Positions 6,687-17,477 of a stretch of 32,000 nucleotides of DNA are shown piece by piece. A program made the translations under genes and the position numbers. The first letter of the stretch is position 1, and every line of letters starts with the position of its first letter. Origin of the DNA: Methylophaga frappieri. GTDB taxonomy: Bacteria; Pseudomonadota; Gammaproteobacteria; Nitrosococcales; Methylophagaceae. The notes under the pieces were generated by a model that was given only the letters and a program-made list of their open reading frames with translations, searched no databases and was not told the DNA's origin. The stretch is taken from NCBI RefSeq assembly GCF_000260965.1, contig NC_017856.1:120001-152000 (forward strand). Direction: 5' to 3'.

Positions 6687-8092
6687 GTGATTACCTGATG
6701 ACGCGGGTCAAAAGCATCACGGACGCTGTCAGCAAACAAATTTGCCGCTAGGACCAATAAAAACATAAAAATAAAAGCCGCAACCAATGACCACCAAACG
6801 ATAGGATCGCGCGCCATTTCCAGTCGTGCACTATTAATCATATTGCCCCAACTGATCATCGTGGGGTCGACGCCAACGCCCACATATGACAAAACGGCCT
6901 CAGCCAGTACCAAACCACTAAAATCAAGAACCACCGTGATCAAAACGATATGCATCAGATTGGGTAAAATATGCCGGTGCAAGATAGTTGGCCCTGGTAC
7001 GCCGAGCGCCTTGGCGGCTTGAACATACTCTGCTTCACGTAATTTCAGTGTTTCACTGCGTAGAATACGACACAGGCCAGTCCAACTAGTGACCCCCAGA
7101 ATCAAACATAAAAATAAAAGCCGGATATCCGCACGTTCGGCGGCCGTGGTAAACAATTGTGGATGATTATTGATATAGACTTGTAACATCAGGACCGCTG
7201 CCGCAATTAAAAGCACGCCAGGAATCGCATTTAAAGTGGTGTAAATATATTGAATCAGATCATCAATCCAGCCTCGAAAATAACCGGCAGCAATACCCAT
7301 CGTCACCGCCATGGGCAACATGATGAGCGTGGTCAGACTACCGATTAACAAACCGGTACGAATGCTTTTCAATGTTTGATAAAGCACATCCTGCCCCACT
7401 TTATCCGTGCCTAAGACATGATAAAACTGGCCGAGATAAAGCAAATTACTGGCAAACAATAGAATGAGGAAAAGCGTTAGCCACGCCGTCGTAACAGGAT
7501 AGCCGGCCTCATCAGACCAGTATCGTTTCAAGACATCACGCAATGAGCTTGCTCGGTGCCAGCAAAGCCAACTTAACCAGAGCGCTATCATCGTCAGCGT
7601 CGCCCCTAGCGCAAATAAACTGGCTTTCGCAGATTTATTCGCAATATCCTGTAACTTATCCGCCGGATTGGTCAAATGTTGACCACCATATTTCAAGTCC
7701 GGGTAGCCATAATGCAGACTGCCCTCATTTTGAATCATTTCCTTGGTAAACTGCTGATGCGCAAAAGGAGCCGAATAGGTTTTTTCAACCTGACTGCGTA
7801 GCGGGGTCAAAATGAGATCCAGAACACTTAACACGTCACTGTGAAAATGATGACTTGCCTCTTCTTCAGTGGGCTGCAACGCCAGTCTGAAGTGCAGGGA
7901 ATCGGCGACGCCAATGCCGATAAAAACCAGCAGTATGAGACTGGAAATCATACCGCGGCTTGTCGAAAAAACCTGTTTCCAGGGCCGACACAAATGCGGT
8001 TTACGGCGAATATAGATGACCATCAGAACCGTAGCTGCCAGCAACGTGAAAAGTAAAATATCTGTCCACAAAAAAACCGGCAAAAAGGCCAT
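6683..8092 (-). CDS. ABC transporter permease, OppC/DppC/YejE type, with an N-terminal extension of about 195 aa
   Basis: Core motifs LGTDKVGQDVLYQTLKSIRTGLLIG and EAA loop EYVQAAKALGVPGPTILHRHILPN. Its stop overlaps the ATPase start (ATGA). The N-terminal roughly 195 aa add extra TM segments and a loop of about 90 aa. Confidence 0.88.
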   Translation of the reverse strand: MAFLPVFLWTDILLFTLLAATVLMVIYIRRKPHLCRPWKQVFSTSRGMISSLILLVFIGIGVADSLHFRLALQPTEEEASHHFHSDVLSVLDLILTPLRSQVEKTYSAPFAHQQFTKEMIQNEGSLHYGYPDLKYGGQHLTNPADKLQDIANKSAKASLFALGATLTMIALWLSWLCWHRASSLRDVLKRYWSDEAGYPVTTAWLTLFLILLFASNLLYLGQFYHVLGTDKVGQDVLYQTLKSIRTGLLIGSLTTLIMLPMAVTMGIAAGYFRGWIDDLIQYIYTTLNAIPGVLLIAAAVLMLQVYINNHPQLFTTAAERADIRLLFLCLILGVTSWTGLCRILRSETLKLREAEYVQAAKALGVPGPTILHRHILPNLMHIVLITVVLDFSGLVLAEAVLSYVGVGVDPTMISWGNMINSARLEMARDPIVWWSLVAAFIFMFLLVLAANLFADSVRDAFDPRHQVIT

Positions 8093-8103
8093 GGATATTC
8101 CTG

Positions 8104-9063
8104 TTATTTATTCAGGCGACTGATATCTACTTTAAGCTCTTTTGGCAAAGAAAAAACGATATTTTCTGGTTGACCACTATCTTCAATGATGTCATCAACG
8201 CCAAGCTGTTGCAGCTGTTTGACAACTTCTTGAACCAACAGCTCAGGCGCAGAAGCACCCGCAGTGAGGCCGATTCGCTGCTTGTCATGCAACCACTCGG
8301 GTTGTATCTCGGTGGCATTATCAATCAAATAAGCTGGCGTGCCCAATTTGACTGATAGCTCCCGAAGCCGGTTCGAGTTTGAGCTATTCACTGAACCGAC
8401 AACCAGTACCAAATCACAAGCGACCGCAATGCGCTTAACGGCATCCTGACGGTTTTGTGTGGCATAACAAATATCATCTTTCCCGGGACCAATAATTGTG
8501 GGGAAACGTTGCCGTAACGCACTGATGACCTTTGCCGTATCATCCACGGATAAGGTTGTCTGAGTAACAAAAGCTAGGTTTTCTGGTTCATTGACAACGA
8601 GATTGTCGACATCTTCCGGCGACTCGACCAGATACATGCCACCCTGTTCAGAGGTATATTGCCCCATCGTCCCTTCTACTTCGGGATGGCCAGCATGTCC
8701 AATCAAAATACATTCACGGGCGACTTTTTCGTGTCGGGCCACTTCCATGTGTACTTTCGTGACCAGCGGGCAAGTTGCATCAAACACGCGTAGTCCGCGT
8801 TGCTTACCTTGTGCATGCACATAACGCGATACCCCATGGGCGCTGAAGATCAGCGTTGCATTGTCAGGTACTTCATCCACTTCCTCGACAAATATTGCCC
8901 CTTTTTTGCGTAAGTCTTCGACGACAGTTCGATTGTGTACGACTTCGTGCCGGACATAAACGGGCGCCCCAAAGAGCGCCAAAGCATGTTCTACGATATC
9001 AATAGCACGATCAACACCCGCACAAAACCCGCGTGGATTCGCCATCATTAGTTGTTTGCTCAT
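8104..9063 (-). CDS. ispH: 4-hydroxy-3-methylbut-2-enyl diphosphate reductase
   Basis: [46 protein letters not shown] and SSNSNRL motifs. Its ATG overlaps the pheA TGA (ATGA at 9063-9060). Confidence 0.95.
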   Translation of the reverse strand: MSKQLMMANPRGFCAGVDRAIDIVEHALALFGAPVYVRHEVVHNRTVVEDLRKKGAIFVEEVDEVPDNATLIFSAHGVSRYVHAQGKQRGLRVFDATCPLVTKVHMEVARHEKVARECILIGHAGHPEVEGTMGQYTSEQGGMYLVESPEDVDNLVVNEPENLAFVTQTTLSVDDTAKVISALRQRFPTIIGPGKDDICYATQNRQDAVKRIAVACDLVLVVGSVNSSNSNRLRELSVKLGTPAYLIDNATEIQPEWLHDKQRIGLTAGASAPELLVQEVVKQLQQLGVDDIIEDSGQPENIVFSLPKELKVDISRLNK

Positions 9064-10148
9064 AATACCGCCTTAGGGTAGGCGCCAAGCACTCTGAACA
9101 TCGACGATTCTGATTCCAGTTTGGCCAGCGCATCAGCCACAGCTGAGTCCTGACTATGGCCTTCAATATCGATAAAAAACACGTATTCCCAGATGCCTTT
9201 TCGGGAGGGTCGTGATTCAATTCGACTCATACTGATCTGATTTTCTGCCAATGGTTGCAATAATTTTTGCAAGGCACCCGGCTTATTTTTAGTTGAGACG
9301 AGTAAAGCTGTTTTATCTGCACCACTTGGACCAACATCTTGACGACCAATCACCAAAAACCGAGTGGTATTGCCAGCCTCGTCTTCGATATTGTTCGCCA
9401 ATACGGTCAAATTATAAATTTCTGCGGCGTTACTGGCTGCAATCGCCGCAGCAGTCTCATCCATTGTCGACACTCGACGCGCTGCTTCCGCATTACTATC
9501 CAGCGGGATTAACGCTGCTTGTGGTAATTGATCGCCCAGCCATTGTCTGCATTGGGCTAGTGCTTGCGGATGAGCATACACTGTTTTAACGTCGCTCAGG
9601 TTCTCGCCCTTGCCCAATAAATAATGATGAATGCGCAGCGATACTTCACCATTAATTTTCAATGAAGAGCTGATAAATCTGTCTAATGTATGACTGACCA
9701 TGCCTTCTGTCGAGTTTTCAACTGGCACAACGCCATAACAGGCATGTTCTGTTTCAACGGCACTGAACACATTCGCAATCGTACTGACGGGCAGCAATTC
9801 TGCTGAACCACCAAAGTGTTTTAATGCAGCTGACTGCGTGAAGGAACCTTCAGGTCCTAAGTAAGCGATACTAAGTGGTTTTTCTGCAGCTAGGCATGCA
9901 GACATAATTTCTCGAAACAGCCTTGCCATCTCTTTATCGGGAAGCGGTCCGGTATTTCTTTCCATAACACGTCGCAAAATCATCGCTTCACGTTCAGGCC
10001 GATAAAAATCACTTTGATCTGCTTGTTGTTGTTTAATTTCGGCTACCTGATGCGCCAGAGCAGTACGCGCATTGATTAGCGTCTGAATTTTTTCATCCAG
10101 CGCATCAATCTCCTGCCGTACATTTTGCAACGCTTTTTGTTCAGACAT
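9060..10148 (-). CDS. pheA: Bifunctional chorismate mutase / prephenate dehydratase (P-protein)
   Basis: N-terminal CM helix ([29 protein letters not shown]), a PDT domain ([12 protein letters not shown]...) and an ACT domain ([21 protein letters not shown]). The track start at 10157 is TTG. I prefer ATG at 10148 (MSEQK...). Confidence 0.93.
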   Translation of the reverse strand: MSEQKALQNVRQEIDALDEKIQTLINARTALAHQVAEIKQQQADQSDFYRPEREAMILRRVMERNTGPLPDKEMARLFREIMSACLAAEKPLSIAYLGPEGSFTQSAALKHFGGSAELLPVSTIANVFSAVETEHACYGVVPVENSTEGMVSHTLDRFISSSLKINGEVSLRIHHYLLGKGENLSDVKTVYAHPQALAQCRQWLGDQLPQAALIPLDSNAEAARRVSTMDETAAAIAASNAAEIYNLTVLANNIEDEAGNTTRFLVIGRQDVGPSGADKTALLVSTKNKPGALQKLLQPLAENQISMSRIESRPSRKGIWEYVFFIDIEGHSQDSAVADALAKLESESSMFRVLGAYPKAVL

Positions 10149-10153
10149 ACCTA

Positions 10154-11233
10154 TCAACCAAACCTGCGTTCAAATTCCATCATAAAGTCAATGAGCCGAT
10201 CAACACCTGCCTCAGGCATCGCATTATAAATGCTGGCACGCATACCACCGAGATCGCGATGACCTTTTAACGTCAGTAGACCTGCTGCCGCGGACATTTG
10301 CAAGAATGTTTTGTCGAGCTCGCTATTCACTAACGTAAAGGGAATATTCATCCAGGATCGACTCGATTTCTCAACCGGATTCGCATAAAAATCGCTGCCA
10401 TCAATCGCGGCATAAAGCTTAGCTGCTTTACGTGAATTAATCTCAGCCATTGCCTGCAGGCCGCCCTGTTGTTTCAACCATTGAAATACCAGCCCGGCAA
10501 GATACCAGCTATAGGTTGCCGGCGTGTTATACATGGAGTCGTTCTTATCATGTATTTGATAATCGAACATGGTCGGCGTGCCCGGTAGCGTTTTGCCGAT
10601 CAAATCGCGACGAACGATCACAATACACAAACCCGCCGGACCAATATTTTTCTGCGCGCCAGCATAAATCAAACCAAATCGATTCACATCGATGGGTCGT
10701 GATAACAGCGTCGAAGACATATCCGCAACCAGTGTAGCCGAGCTCACCTGTGGGATATCGTGAAACTCAACACCATGAATGGTCTCATTCGGCGTGTAAT
10801 GCAAATAAGCGGCATCCTGATTGACTTGCCATTCATGCAGGGGCGGAATACAAGTAAACTTTGAAGCCTTGGCATCGGCAACCACATTAACTTGGCAAAA
10901 CCGTTGCGCTTCTTTAATTGCTTTACTCGACCAGGCTCCCGTGTTGACGTAATCAGCAGCCGTTTTCTCCTGCAAAAAATTCAGTGGAATCATCGAAAAC
11001 TGGCTGGATGCACCGCCCTGTAAAAACAAGACAGCATAATCGTCGGAAATACCCAGCAAATCGCGCAAATCGGCCTCTGCTTGAGTTGCAATTTCTGTGT
11101 ACTCCGGACCACGGTGACTCATCTCCATCACCGACATACCCGTACCACGCCAATCCAGCATTTCTTCACTGGCTTGTTGCATAACCGCTTCCGGTAACAT
11201 CGCCGGACCGGCACTAAAATTATAAGCTCTCAA
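10154..11233 (-). CDS. serC: Phosphoserine aminotransferase
   Basis: YNFSAGPAMLPEAVMQQA, FLQGGASSQF, AGAQKNIGPAGL and GGMRASIYNAMP motifs. The start codon at 11233-11231 is TTG. The next in-frame ATG would delete the conserved FSAGPA. Confidence 0.93.
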   Translation of the reverse strand: MRAYNFSAGPAMLPEAVMQQASEEMLDWRGTGMSVMEMSHRGPEYTEIATQAEADLRDLLGISDDYAVLFLQGGASSQFSMIPLNFLQEKTAADYVNTGAWSSKAIKEAQRFCQVNVVADAKASKFTCIPPLHEWQVNQDAAYLHYTPNETIHGVEFHDIPQVSSATLVADMSSTLLSRPIDVNRFGLIYAGAQKNIGPAGLCIVIVRRDLIGKTLPGTPTMFDYQIHDKNDSMYNTPATYSWYLAGLVFQWLKQQGGLQAMAEINSRKAAKLYAAIDGSDFYANPVEKSSRSWMNIPFTLVNSELDKTFLQMSAAAGLLTLKGHRDLGGMRASIYNAMPEAGVDRLIDFMMEFERRFG

Positions 11234-11237
11234 AGAA

Positions 11238-13817
11238 TTATACTTCTGTTAAATCGTCAGTATCTGGCAAGTCATCGACATCGGTTTCTTCTTCTTCGAT
11301 AACACGCTCAACACCAACAAGACGTTCGTCTTTTGTCAGGTTAATCAATTTGACACCCTGTGTGTTTCGGCCAACCAAGGACACATGCTTCACAGGGGTA
11401 CGGACTAAAGTACCACCATTGGTAATCATCATAATCTGATCTTCATCATCGACCTGGACTGCGCCAACCACTTGCCCATTTCGTGCTGAAGTTTGAATTG
11501 AGATAATGCCTTGTCCTCCCCGACCTTGCACACGATATTCATCAAGGTGGGTACGCTTTCCAAAGCCAAACTCGGTAGCTGTCAGAATAGCGCCTTCCGA
11601 ACGTGCAATGATAAGTGAGATGATTTTTTCGCCGTCCGTCAGCCGCATACCACGTACACCACGCGAGACACGCCCCATCGAACGAACATCTGTTTCCGGG
11701 AAGCGTATGACTTTACCATTCGTGCTGAATAACATGACATCAGACGCACCATCAGTCAGCGCAACATCAACCAAGACATCATCTTCTTTCAAATCAACCG
11801 CAATAATGCCGTTTGCTCGAGGACGAGAATAATCGACTAATGGCGTTTTCTTTACGGTGCCGCTCGCCGTTGCCATGAAAATAAATTTATCGGCTTCAAA
11901 CTCACGAATCGGTAAAACAGCATTGATACGTTCCCCTTCTTCCAAAGGCAACAGATTAACAATAGGTTTGCCGCGAGCGGTTCTGCCGCCTTGCGGTAGC
12001 TCATAAACCTTTTTCCAGTAAACCTTGCCGGCACTTGAGAAACACAACAGCGTATCGTGTGTGTTGGCGATGAAAAGATGCTCCACAAAATCTTCATCTT
12101 TCATTGACGTGGCCGCTTTTCCTTTACCGCCTCGTCGTTGTGCCTGGTAGGTATCAAGTTGCGTCGTTTTGGCATAACCTGCATGCGACAGCGTGACTAC
12201 CATTTCCTCTTCGCAAATCAGATCTTCCAGTGTCAAATCAAGATGCGCATCCAGAATTTCAGTCCGACGGGCATCACCATATTCTTCTTTAACGTCTACC
12301 AGTTCCTGACGAATCACCGCCATCAAATTATCGGCGTCACTCAGGATGGCCAGCAAATCACGAATTTGATCCAGCACATCACGGTATTCCTGAAGAATTT
12401 TGTCTTGCTCAAGCCCGGTCAAACGGTGCAACCGCATATCGAGAATTGCCTGCGCCTGAACCGGTGATAAATGATATTGGCCATCAACCAACCCAAACTC
12501 AGCGGCCAGATTTTCAGGTCGTGAGGCAGCGGCACCGGCAGCACCCAGCATTTCCAAAATCATTTCGCTACGCCAGCCACGCGCCAAGAGAGCTTCACGA
12601 GCCTCTGCAGGACTAGGTGATGCTTTGATAAGCTCAATCACTTCATCAATGTTAGCTAATGCCGTGGCGAGACCTTCGAGGATGTGTGCACGTTCGCGCG
12701 CTTTACGCAGTTCAAAAATAGACCGACGTGTGACAACCTCACGGCGATGTCGAATAAAGGCATCCAATACCTCTTTTAAATTCAGTGTTCGAGGTTGCCC
12801 GTCAACAATGGCAACCATATTGATGCCAAACACCGTCTGCATTTGTGTTTGTTGATAGAGGTTATTCAGTACAACTTCAGGTACTTCGCCGCGGCGCAAG
12901 ACAATGACCATGCGCATGCCATCTTTATCAGATTCATCACGCAGGGCGGAAATACCTTCAATTTTCTTTTCTTTAACTAACTCGGCAATTTTTTCCAGCA
13001 AGCGCGCTTTGTTTACCTGATAAGGCAACTCGTTGACAACAATACTTTGCTGACCAGTTGCCTCATTGGTTTCTATTTCGGCCCGTGCACGAATATAAAC
13101 TCGCCCTCGGCCCGTTTGATAGGCTTCGGCTATGCCTCGTGCACCGTTGATAATCGCTGAAGTGGGGAAATCTGGGCCCGGCACATGTGTCATTAAACCG
13201 GCGACATCAATGCCTGGCTCATCAATAATCGCGATACAGGCGTCCAGTATTTCGTTCAGGTTATGCGGTGGGATATTGGTTGCCATGCCAACGGCGATCC
13301 CCGAAGATCCGTTCACCAACAGCGCCGGGATTTTTGCCGGCAAGACGGCTGGCTCTGATTCGGATTCATCATAGTTGGGGATAAAATCAACGGTTTCTTT
13401 TTCCAGATCCGCCAACATTTCATGGGCAATTTTTGCCATGCGTACTTCGGTATAACGCATCGCTGCTGGCGGATCACCGTCAACAGAACCAAAGTTTCCT
13501 TGACCATCGACCAGCATATAACGCATCGAAAATGGCTGCGCCATCCGCACCATGGTGTCGTAAACAGCGGTATCACCATGGGGATGGTATTTACCAATCA
13601 CATCACCGACTATCCGCGCTGATTTTTTATAGGGAGCGTTCCAGTTATTACCGAGTTCGCGCATGGCGTACAGAACGCGGCGATGTACCGGTTTTAAACC
13701 ATCCCTGACATCCGGCAATGCCCGGCCAACGATAACACTCATTGCATAGTCGAGGTAGGATTGTTTCATCTCCTCTTCTATGCCGATCGAATCCAGTTCC
13801 AGGGCAATCTCAGACAT
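11238..13817 (-). CDS. gyrA: DNA gyrase subunit A
   Basis: [35 protein letters not shown], a catalytic Tyr region ([10 protein letters not shown]), C-terminal beta-pinwheel repeats and an acidic tail. 859 aa. Confidence 0.98.
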   Translation of the reverse strand: MSEIALELDSIGIEEEMKQSYLDYAMSVIVGRALPDVRDGLKPVHRRVLYAMRELGNNWNAPYKKSARIVGDVIGKYHPHGDTAVYDTMVRMAQPFSMRYMLVDGQGNFGSVDGDPPAAMRYTEVRMAKIAHEMLADLEKETVDFIPNYDESESEPAVLPAKIPALLVNGSSGIAVGMATNIPPHNLNEILDACIAIIDEPGIDVAGLMTHVPGPDFPTSAIINGARGIAEAYQTGRGRVYIRARAEIETNEATGQQSIVVNELPYQVNKARLLEKIAELVKEKKIEGISALRDESDKDGMRMVIVLRRGEVPEVVLNNLYQQTQMQTVFGINMVAIVDGQPRTLNLKEVLDAFIRHRREVVTRRSIFELRKARERAHILEGLATALANIDEVIELIKASPSPAEAREALLARGWRSEMILEMLGAAGAAASRPENLAAEFGLVDGQYHLSPVQAQAILDMRLHRLTGLEQDKILQEYRDVLDQIRDLLAILSDADNLMAVIRQELVDVKEEYGDARRTEILDAHLDLTLEDLICEEEMVVTLSHAGYAKTTQLDTYQAQRRGGKGKAATSMKDEDFVEHLFIANTHDTLLCFSSAGKVYWKKVYELPQGGRTARGKPIVNLLPLEEGERINAVLPIREFEADKFIFMATASGTVKKTPLVDYSRPRANGIIAVDLKEDDVLVDVALTDGASDVMLFSTNGKVIRFPETDVRSMGRVSRGVRGMRLTDGEKIISLIIARSEGAILTATEFGFGKRTHLDEYRVQGRGGQGIISIQTSARNGQVVGAVQVDDEDQIMMITNGGTLVRTPVKHVSLVGRNTQGVKLINLTKDERLVGVERVIEEEETDVDDLPDTDDLTEV

Positions 13818-13924
13818 GCAGTTTTCTTCCTAAAAAGTGAGGATGGACGCGGTTTGTGACAAAGATGTGAATATTACCACTCTCACGCATTTCCTGCACC
13901 CTAAAGCCGGCTTTTAATTCAGGG

Positions 13925-14572
13925 CTAGGGTGACCCGGGTTTAGCAAAATAAGCCTTTAAATCCAGCTCTAATGTGGCGAGAATTTCTTCAAGGCCATTT
14001 TTCCAGCCAATTATCACTTCCGAAGGACGACTCTGATTGATATCTGCATCAACCCGAAAACCGGTTTGTAGCAGCATTCTGTCCTCAGACTCCGACCCGG
14101 CAGGACTCAAAAAAAACTGCATTTCCAAAACCGCTTGTGGTGGATAAGCTGGTCTCGCCTCGCCAAAAAGCTTAGTGAGACCAGTTTCCAATACTAGGTC
14201 ATGTGGCTCACTGGCATCAGTAATCACCTTGCTAAACAGGCCACTTTTTGCCAACCAACGCTCTAGTTGCGCGGTGAACATCGTTTGCGGACTGGTCAAT
14301 AATTCATGAGGCGGACGCGATTCGTACTGGTTCTCACCAACACGCATCATAATATCGGTCTCACGAAAATAAGGCGCCACCCGAACAGGTTTGATAAGCA
14401 AGGTTCTCTCTACCGCGAAATCAGACGCAACACTGCCCCGATCAGCTTCAACAATATAGAGCCTTGGCTGATTATCATCGACATCCAGGTCCTCTCCACC
14501 ACCAAAGCTAAAACAACCAGCCAATAAGGCCATGCCAATTCCTAACAGAATTCGTTGCCCGAAACGTCGCAC
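13925..14572 (-). CDS. Outer-membrane lipoprotein, ABC-type transport auxiliary component (PqiC/YmbA, DUF330-like)
   Basis: Lipobox LLAG|C after a basic/hydrophobic signal. About 190 aa mature. Overall resemblance to DUF330 is from memory. GTG at 14572 sits 7 nt after GGGGGAG; the track start at 14578 is TTG, only 1 nt after that SD. Confidence 0.6.
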   Translation of the reverse strand: MRRFGQRILLGIGMALLAGCFSFGGGEDLDVDDNQPRLYIVEADRGSVASDFAVERTLLIKPVRVAPYFRETDIMMRVGENQYESRPPHELLTSPQTMFTAQLERWLAKSGLFSKVITDASEPHDLVLETGLTKLFGEARPAYPPQAVLEMQFFLSPAGSESEDRMLLQTGFRVDADINQSRPSEVIIGWKNGLEEILATLELDLKAYFAKPGSP

Positions 14573-14602
14573 TGCCAAACTCCCCCATCAGAAACAAAAA
14601 AA

Positions 14603-14617
14603 CCTGCAGTTTGCAGG
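14603..14617. promoter_or_regulatory. Perfect palindrome CCTGCA-N3-TGCAGG in the divergent lipoprotein/apt intergenic region
   Basis: CCTGCAGTTTGCAGG is flanked by an A-run (14595-14602) and ATTTT (14618-14622). A TATAAT hexamer lies at 14636-14641. Confidence 0.25.
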
Positions 14618-14680
14618 ATTTTAAAGATTGCTCGCTATAATAACTGGCGTGCTCAGTTAAGCTCAATACGGGGAGACAAG

Positions 14681-15199
14681 GTGAAGCAAATCGCAGCGCA
14701 AATTCGGGATGTTTCTGATTTTCCAAAACCCGGTATCGTATTTAAAGATATTACGCCGCTATTGCGTGACCCGGCTGCCATGCATCAGGCTATTCAGTCG
14801 ATGATAGCCCCGTTTCAGGATCATCCGATCACGGTGGTCGCTGGCATAGAAGCACGCGGATTCGTTTTTGGCGCGCTGGTCGCCAGTCAGTTAAGGGTAG
14901 GCTTCGTCCCGCTTCGCAAACCGGGGAAACTGCCCTACCAGACACAACAGATTGATTACGATTTGGAATACGGCAACGCCAGTCTGCAAATACATCGCGA
15001 TGCGATCACAGAAAAAGATCGTGTGTTGATTGTCGATGACGTTTTAGCAACGGGCGGAACTGCGTTAGCCAGTTGTCAATTGGTTGAGACGCTGGGTGCA
15101 GAAGTAGCCGGTTGCAGTTTTTTACTGGAAATAAGCGCCCTGCAAGGTCGGCAGAAGTTAGCAGCCTACACTCTACATAGCGTTTTGCAATACAGTTAA
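14681..15199 (+). CDS. apt: Adenine phosphoribosyltransferase
   Basis: DFPKPGIVFKDITPLL and PRPP motif VLIVDDVLATGGTA. GTG at 14681 lies 5 nt after GGAG. The track ORF from 14555 starts at TTG and has no Met before this point. Confidence 0.9.
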   Translation: MKQIAAQIRDVSDFPKPGIVFKDITPLLRDPAAMHQAIQSMIAPFQDHPITVVAGIEARGFVFGALVASQLRVGFVPLRKPGKLPYQTQQIDYDLEYGNASLQIHRDAITEKDRVLIVDDVLATGGTALASCQLVETLGAEVAGCSFLLEISALQGRQKLAAYTLHSVLQYS

Positions 15200-16686
15200 T
15201 TAACACTGATTTTCTGAGATGACTGCTGTTTTGTTTTTTCAGTTTCAGTCTCAGGCCATAAAGCCAATAAAGCGCGAATCACCTGCTGCGTATCGGCTGA
15301 ACGCGTAATTGCCGAAATCATCGCGACAGATTTAACCCCAAGTTCATGCAGCATAACAGCTCTTGGCACTGTAATACCGCCAATCGCAACCAACGGAATG
15401 GTATTTTCCAAAATCCGCAACCATTCTCTTACCGTATGCAGGCCTTGTGGTTGCCATGGCATCTGCTTGGACGTGGTCGGATAAACCGGACCTAATGCGA
15501 TGTAACTAGGCTGTACTGCCAATGCTCTGGCCAGTTCCCAGTGAGAATGCGTTGAGATACCTAATCGCAAGCCGGCACGAGCAATCGCTTCAAGATCGGC
15601 CTGCTGTAAATCTTCCTGGCCTAAGTGCACCCCATACGCGCCATATTGAATTGCCAGTTGCCAGTGATCATTAATAAACAATCGACTATCTTGAAATGCC
15701 GCGGCTTCGTGTATCGCTTGCTGAATTTCGCGCGTGATATGCGACTGTTCAGCTTCTTTTATGCGCAACTGTACGGTGCGAATACCACTTTGCAGACAGC
15801 GTCTTACCCAGTCTGCTGAATCCACGACGGCATACACACCGAGTTGCTCAGGACAGCGAGCAAAAGACCATGACTGTTCAACTGGCTTTGTCTGATCATG
15901 TACCGCAGGCAAGGATTGGCGATTCAATTGCCAGGAAAAATTGCCCAACAAACGATATGGCCCTACCGAACTTGCCTGTTGATACGCTTCTGCCACATAA
16001 CTTCGCGCTAAGACAATGGCGTCCTGACAGCGATGACCAAAAGCCAGCTGGGTGGCGATTGCTGTTGCTAAACGACAGCCGGTCCCTCGCATTGGGTAAG
16101 GTAACCGTGGCAAGCCCAGTGAAAACTGACTAAACGCATCTTTATAAAAATCGGTGCTGAAGGCACCTGAGTCATGCCCTCCCTTGACAAGACAGGCAGA
16201 TAATCCTTGCTGGATTAAGATGTCGATTTGTTGTGACGGCTCTCCGTCTCCAGCAAGCTGTTGCAATTCTGGCAGGTTGGGGGTTAATAGGGTCAAGTGC
16301 GGCAGGAAATGTGCTTTAATCAACACAGCGATGGCGCTATCTACCTCCCCGCCATGACTGATTGATAACACCGGATCTAGAACCACTGGCACAGTCTGTG
16401 TCTTGATAAATTCCGCAACAATCTCAGCAATAGCGCTATTAGGCAGCAAGCCAATTTTAATTGCTGCCAACTCAAAATCACTGCAACAACACGCTAGTTG
16501 CGCCTTGAACTCAGCCGTACCAAGCGGATTGAGCCGGGTCAGCCCCTGAGCAGTCTGCTCGGTCAAACACGTTACTAACGATACCGGATGCCCTCCCAGT
16601 TGCGTCACCGTTTGAATATCAACCGTTAACCCCGCTGCACCTTGGGGGTCAATCCCACCAATTAACAAAACAACCGGTTTAACCAT
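15196..16686 (-). CDS. thiDE: Fused hydroxymethylpyrimidine/phosphomethylpyrimidine kinase (ThiD) and thiamine-phosphate synthase (ThiE)
   Basis: The N-terminal half is ThiD-like ([21 protein letters not shown] ... [11 protein letters not shown]). The C-terminal half is ThiE-like (GVYAVVDS...VQLRIK...[10 protein letters not shown]...GVHLGQEDL...GISTHS...[13 protein letters not shown]...VAIGGI). ATG at 16686 overlaps the thiG stop by 8 nt. Confidence 0.9.
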   Translation of the reverse strand: MVKPVVLLIGGIDPQGAAGLTVDIQTVTQLGGHPVSLVTCLTEQTAQGLTRLNPLGTAEFKAQLACCCSDFELAAIKIGLLPNSAIAEIVAEFIKTQTVPVVLDPVLSISHGGEVDSAIAVLIKAHFLPHLTLLTPNLPELQQLAGDGEPSQQIDILIQQGLSACLVKGGHDSGAFSTDFYKDAFSQFSLGLPRLPYPMRGTGCRLATAIATQLAFGHRCQDAIVLARSYVAEAYQQASSVGPYRLLGNFSWQLNRQSLPAVHDQTKPVEQSWSFARCPEQLGVYAVVDSADWVRRCLQSGIRTVQLRIKEAEQSHITREIQQAIHEAAAFQDSRLFINDHWQLAIQYGAYGVHLGQEDLQQADLEAIARAGLRLGISTHSHWELARALAVQPSYIALGPVYPTTSKQMPWQPQGLHTVREWLRILENTIPLVAIGGITVPRAVMLHELGVKSVAMISAITRSADTQQVIRALLALWPETETEKTKQQSSQKISVN

Positions 16687-17476
16687 GCTGGTGCCACATT
16701 GGTTGTTCCAAGGTCGGTGTACTGGGTTTGGCCTGAGTGCGTTTTGGCATGATGCCTGAAGTATAGCCCAGTCGTCCGGCATCGATGGCCTGTCTGAATG
16801 CACTGGCCATACCGACTGGATCCAGCGCCTCTGCAACGGCGGTATTTAACAAGACGCCGTCATAACCAAGCTCCATTGCCTGAACCGCATCTGATGGTTT
16901 GCCGATGCCCGCATCGACGAGTAAATTCAGTTCCGGCAATCGTTCACGTAACAATGTCAGCGCATAGGAATTTAGCAACCCCTGTCCCGTCCCAATCGGC
17001 GCTCCCCAAGGCATTAATACCTCGCAGCCAAGATCAGCAAGCCGTTGGCAGAGCACCAGATCATCGGTGCAATAAGGAAAGACGCGAAATCCCTCGCTTA
17101 TTAATACTTTTGTGGCATCAAGCAAAGCAAAGGGATCCGGTTGCAAGTTGTAACTGTCGCCCAGCACCTCCAGCTTTACCCAGTCTGTCTCGAATAATTC
17201 TCGACCCAGTCGTGCCACCTTAATCGCTTCATCGGCACTATAACAGCCGGCCGTATTGGGTAGTAAGTGACAATTGAGCGCTTGCAGTATTTGCCAAAAA
17301 GCCTGACCATCTGCCGCATCAGTACTGGTTTGTCGGCGCAATGACAAGGTAATGACTTCAGCCCCTGAGGCGTTAATTGCCTCGGACATGATTTGCGGTG
17401 ACGGATACAAGGCCGTACCCATGAATAATCGACTTGTTAATACCTGCCCATAAACCTGCCACGATTGCGTTGTCAT
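16679..17476 (-). CDS. thiG: Thiazole synthase
   Basis: [41 protein letters not shown] and [12 protein letters not shown] motifs. Confidence 0.96.
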   Translation of the reverse strand: MTTQSWQVYGQVLTSRLFMGTALYPSPQIMSEAINASGAEVITLSLRRQTSTDAADGQAFWQILQALNCHLLPNTAGCYSADEAIKVARLGRELFETDWVKLEVLGDSYNLQPDPFALLDATKVLISEGFRVFPYCTDDLVLCQRLADLGCEVLMPWGAPIGTGQGLLNSYALTLLRERLPELNLLVDAGIGKPSDAVQAMELGYDGVLLNTAVAEALDPVGMASAFRQAIDAGRLGYTSGIMPKRTQAKPSTPTLEQPMWHQHG

Positions 17477-17477
17477 G

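Noticed and set aside
11506-13708. Multiple 60-110 aa ORFs inside or antisense to gyrA, with similar ones inside purL, thiC, the ABC genes and pepN
   Set aside because: These are shadow ORFs within long, confidently identified genes. Their compositions (R/S/P-rich or low complexity) are typical of antisense frames.
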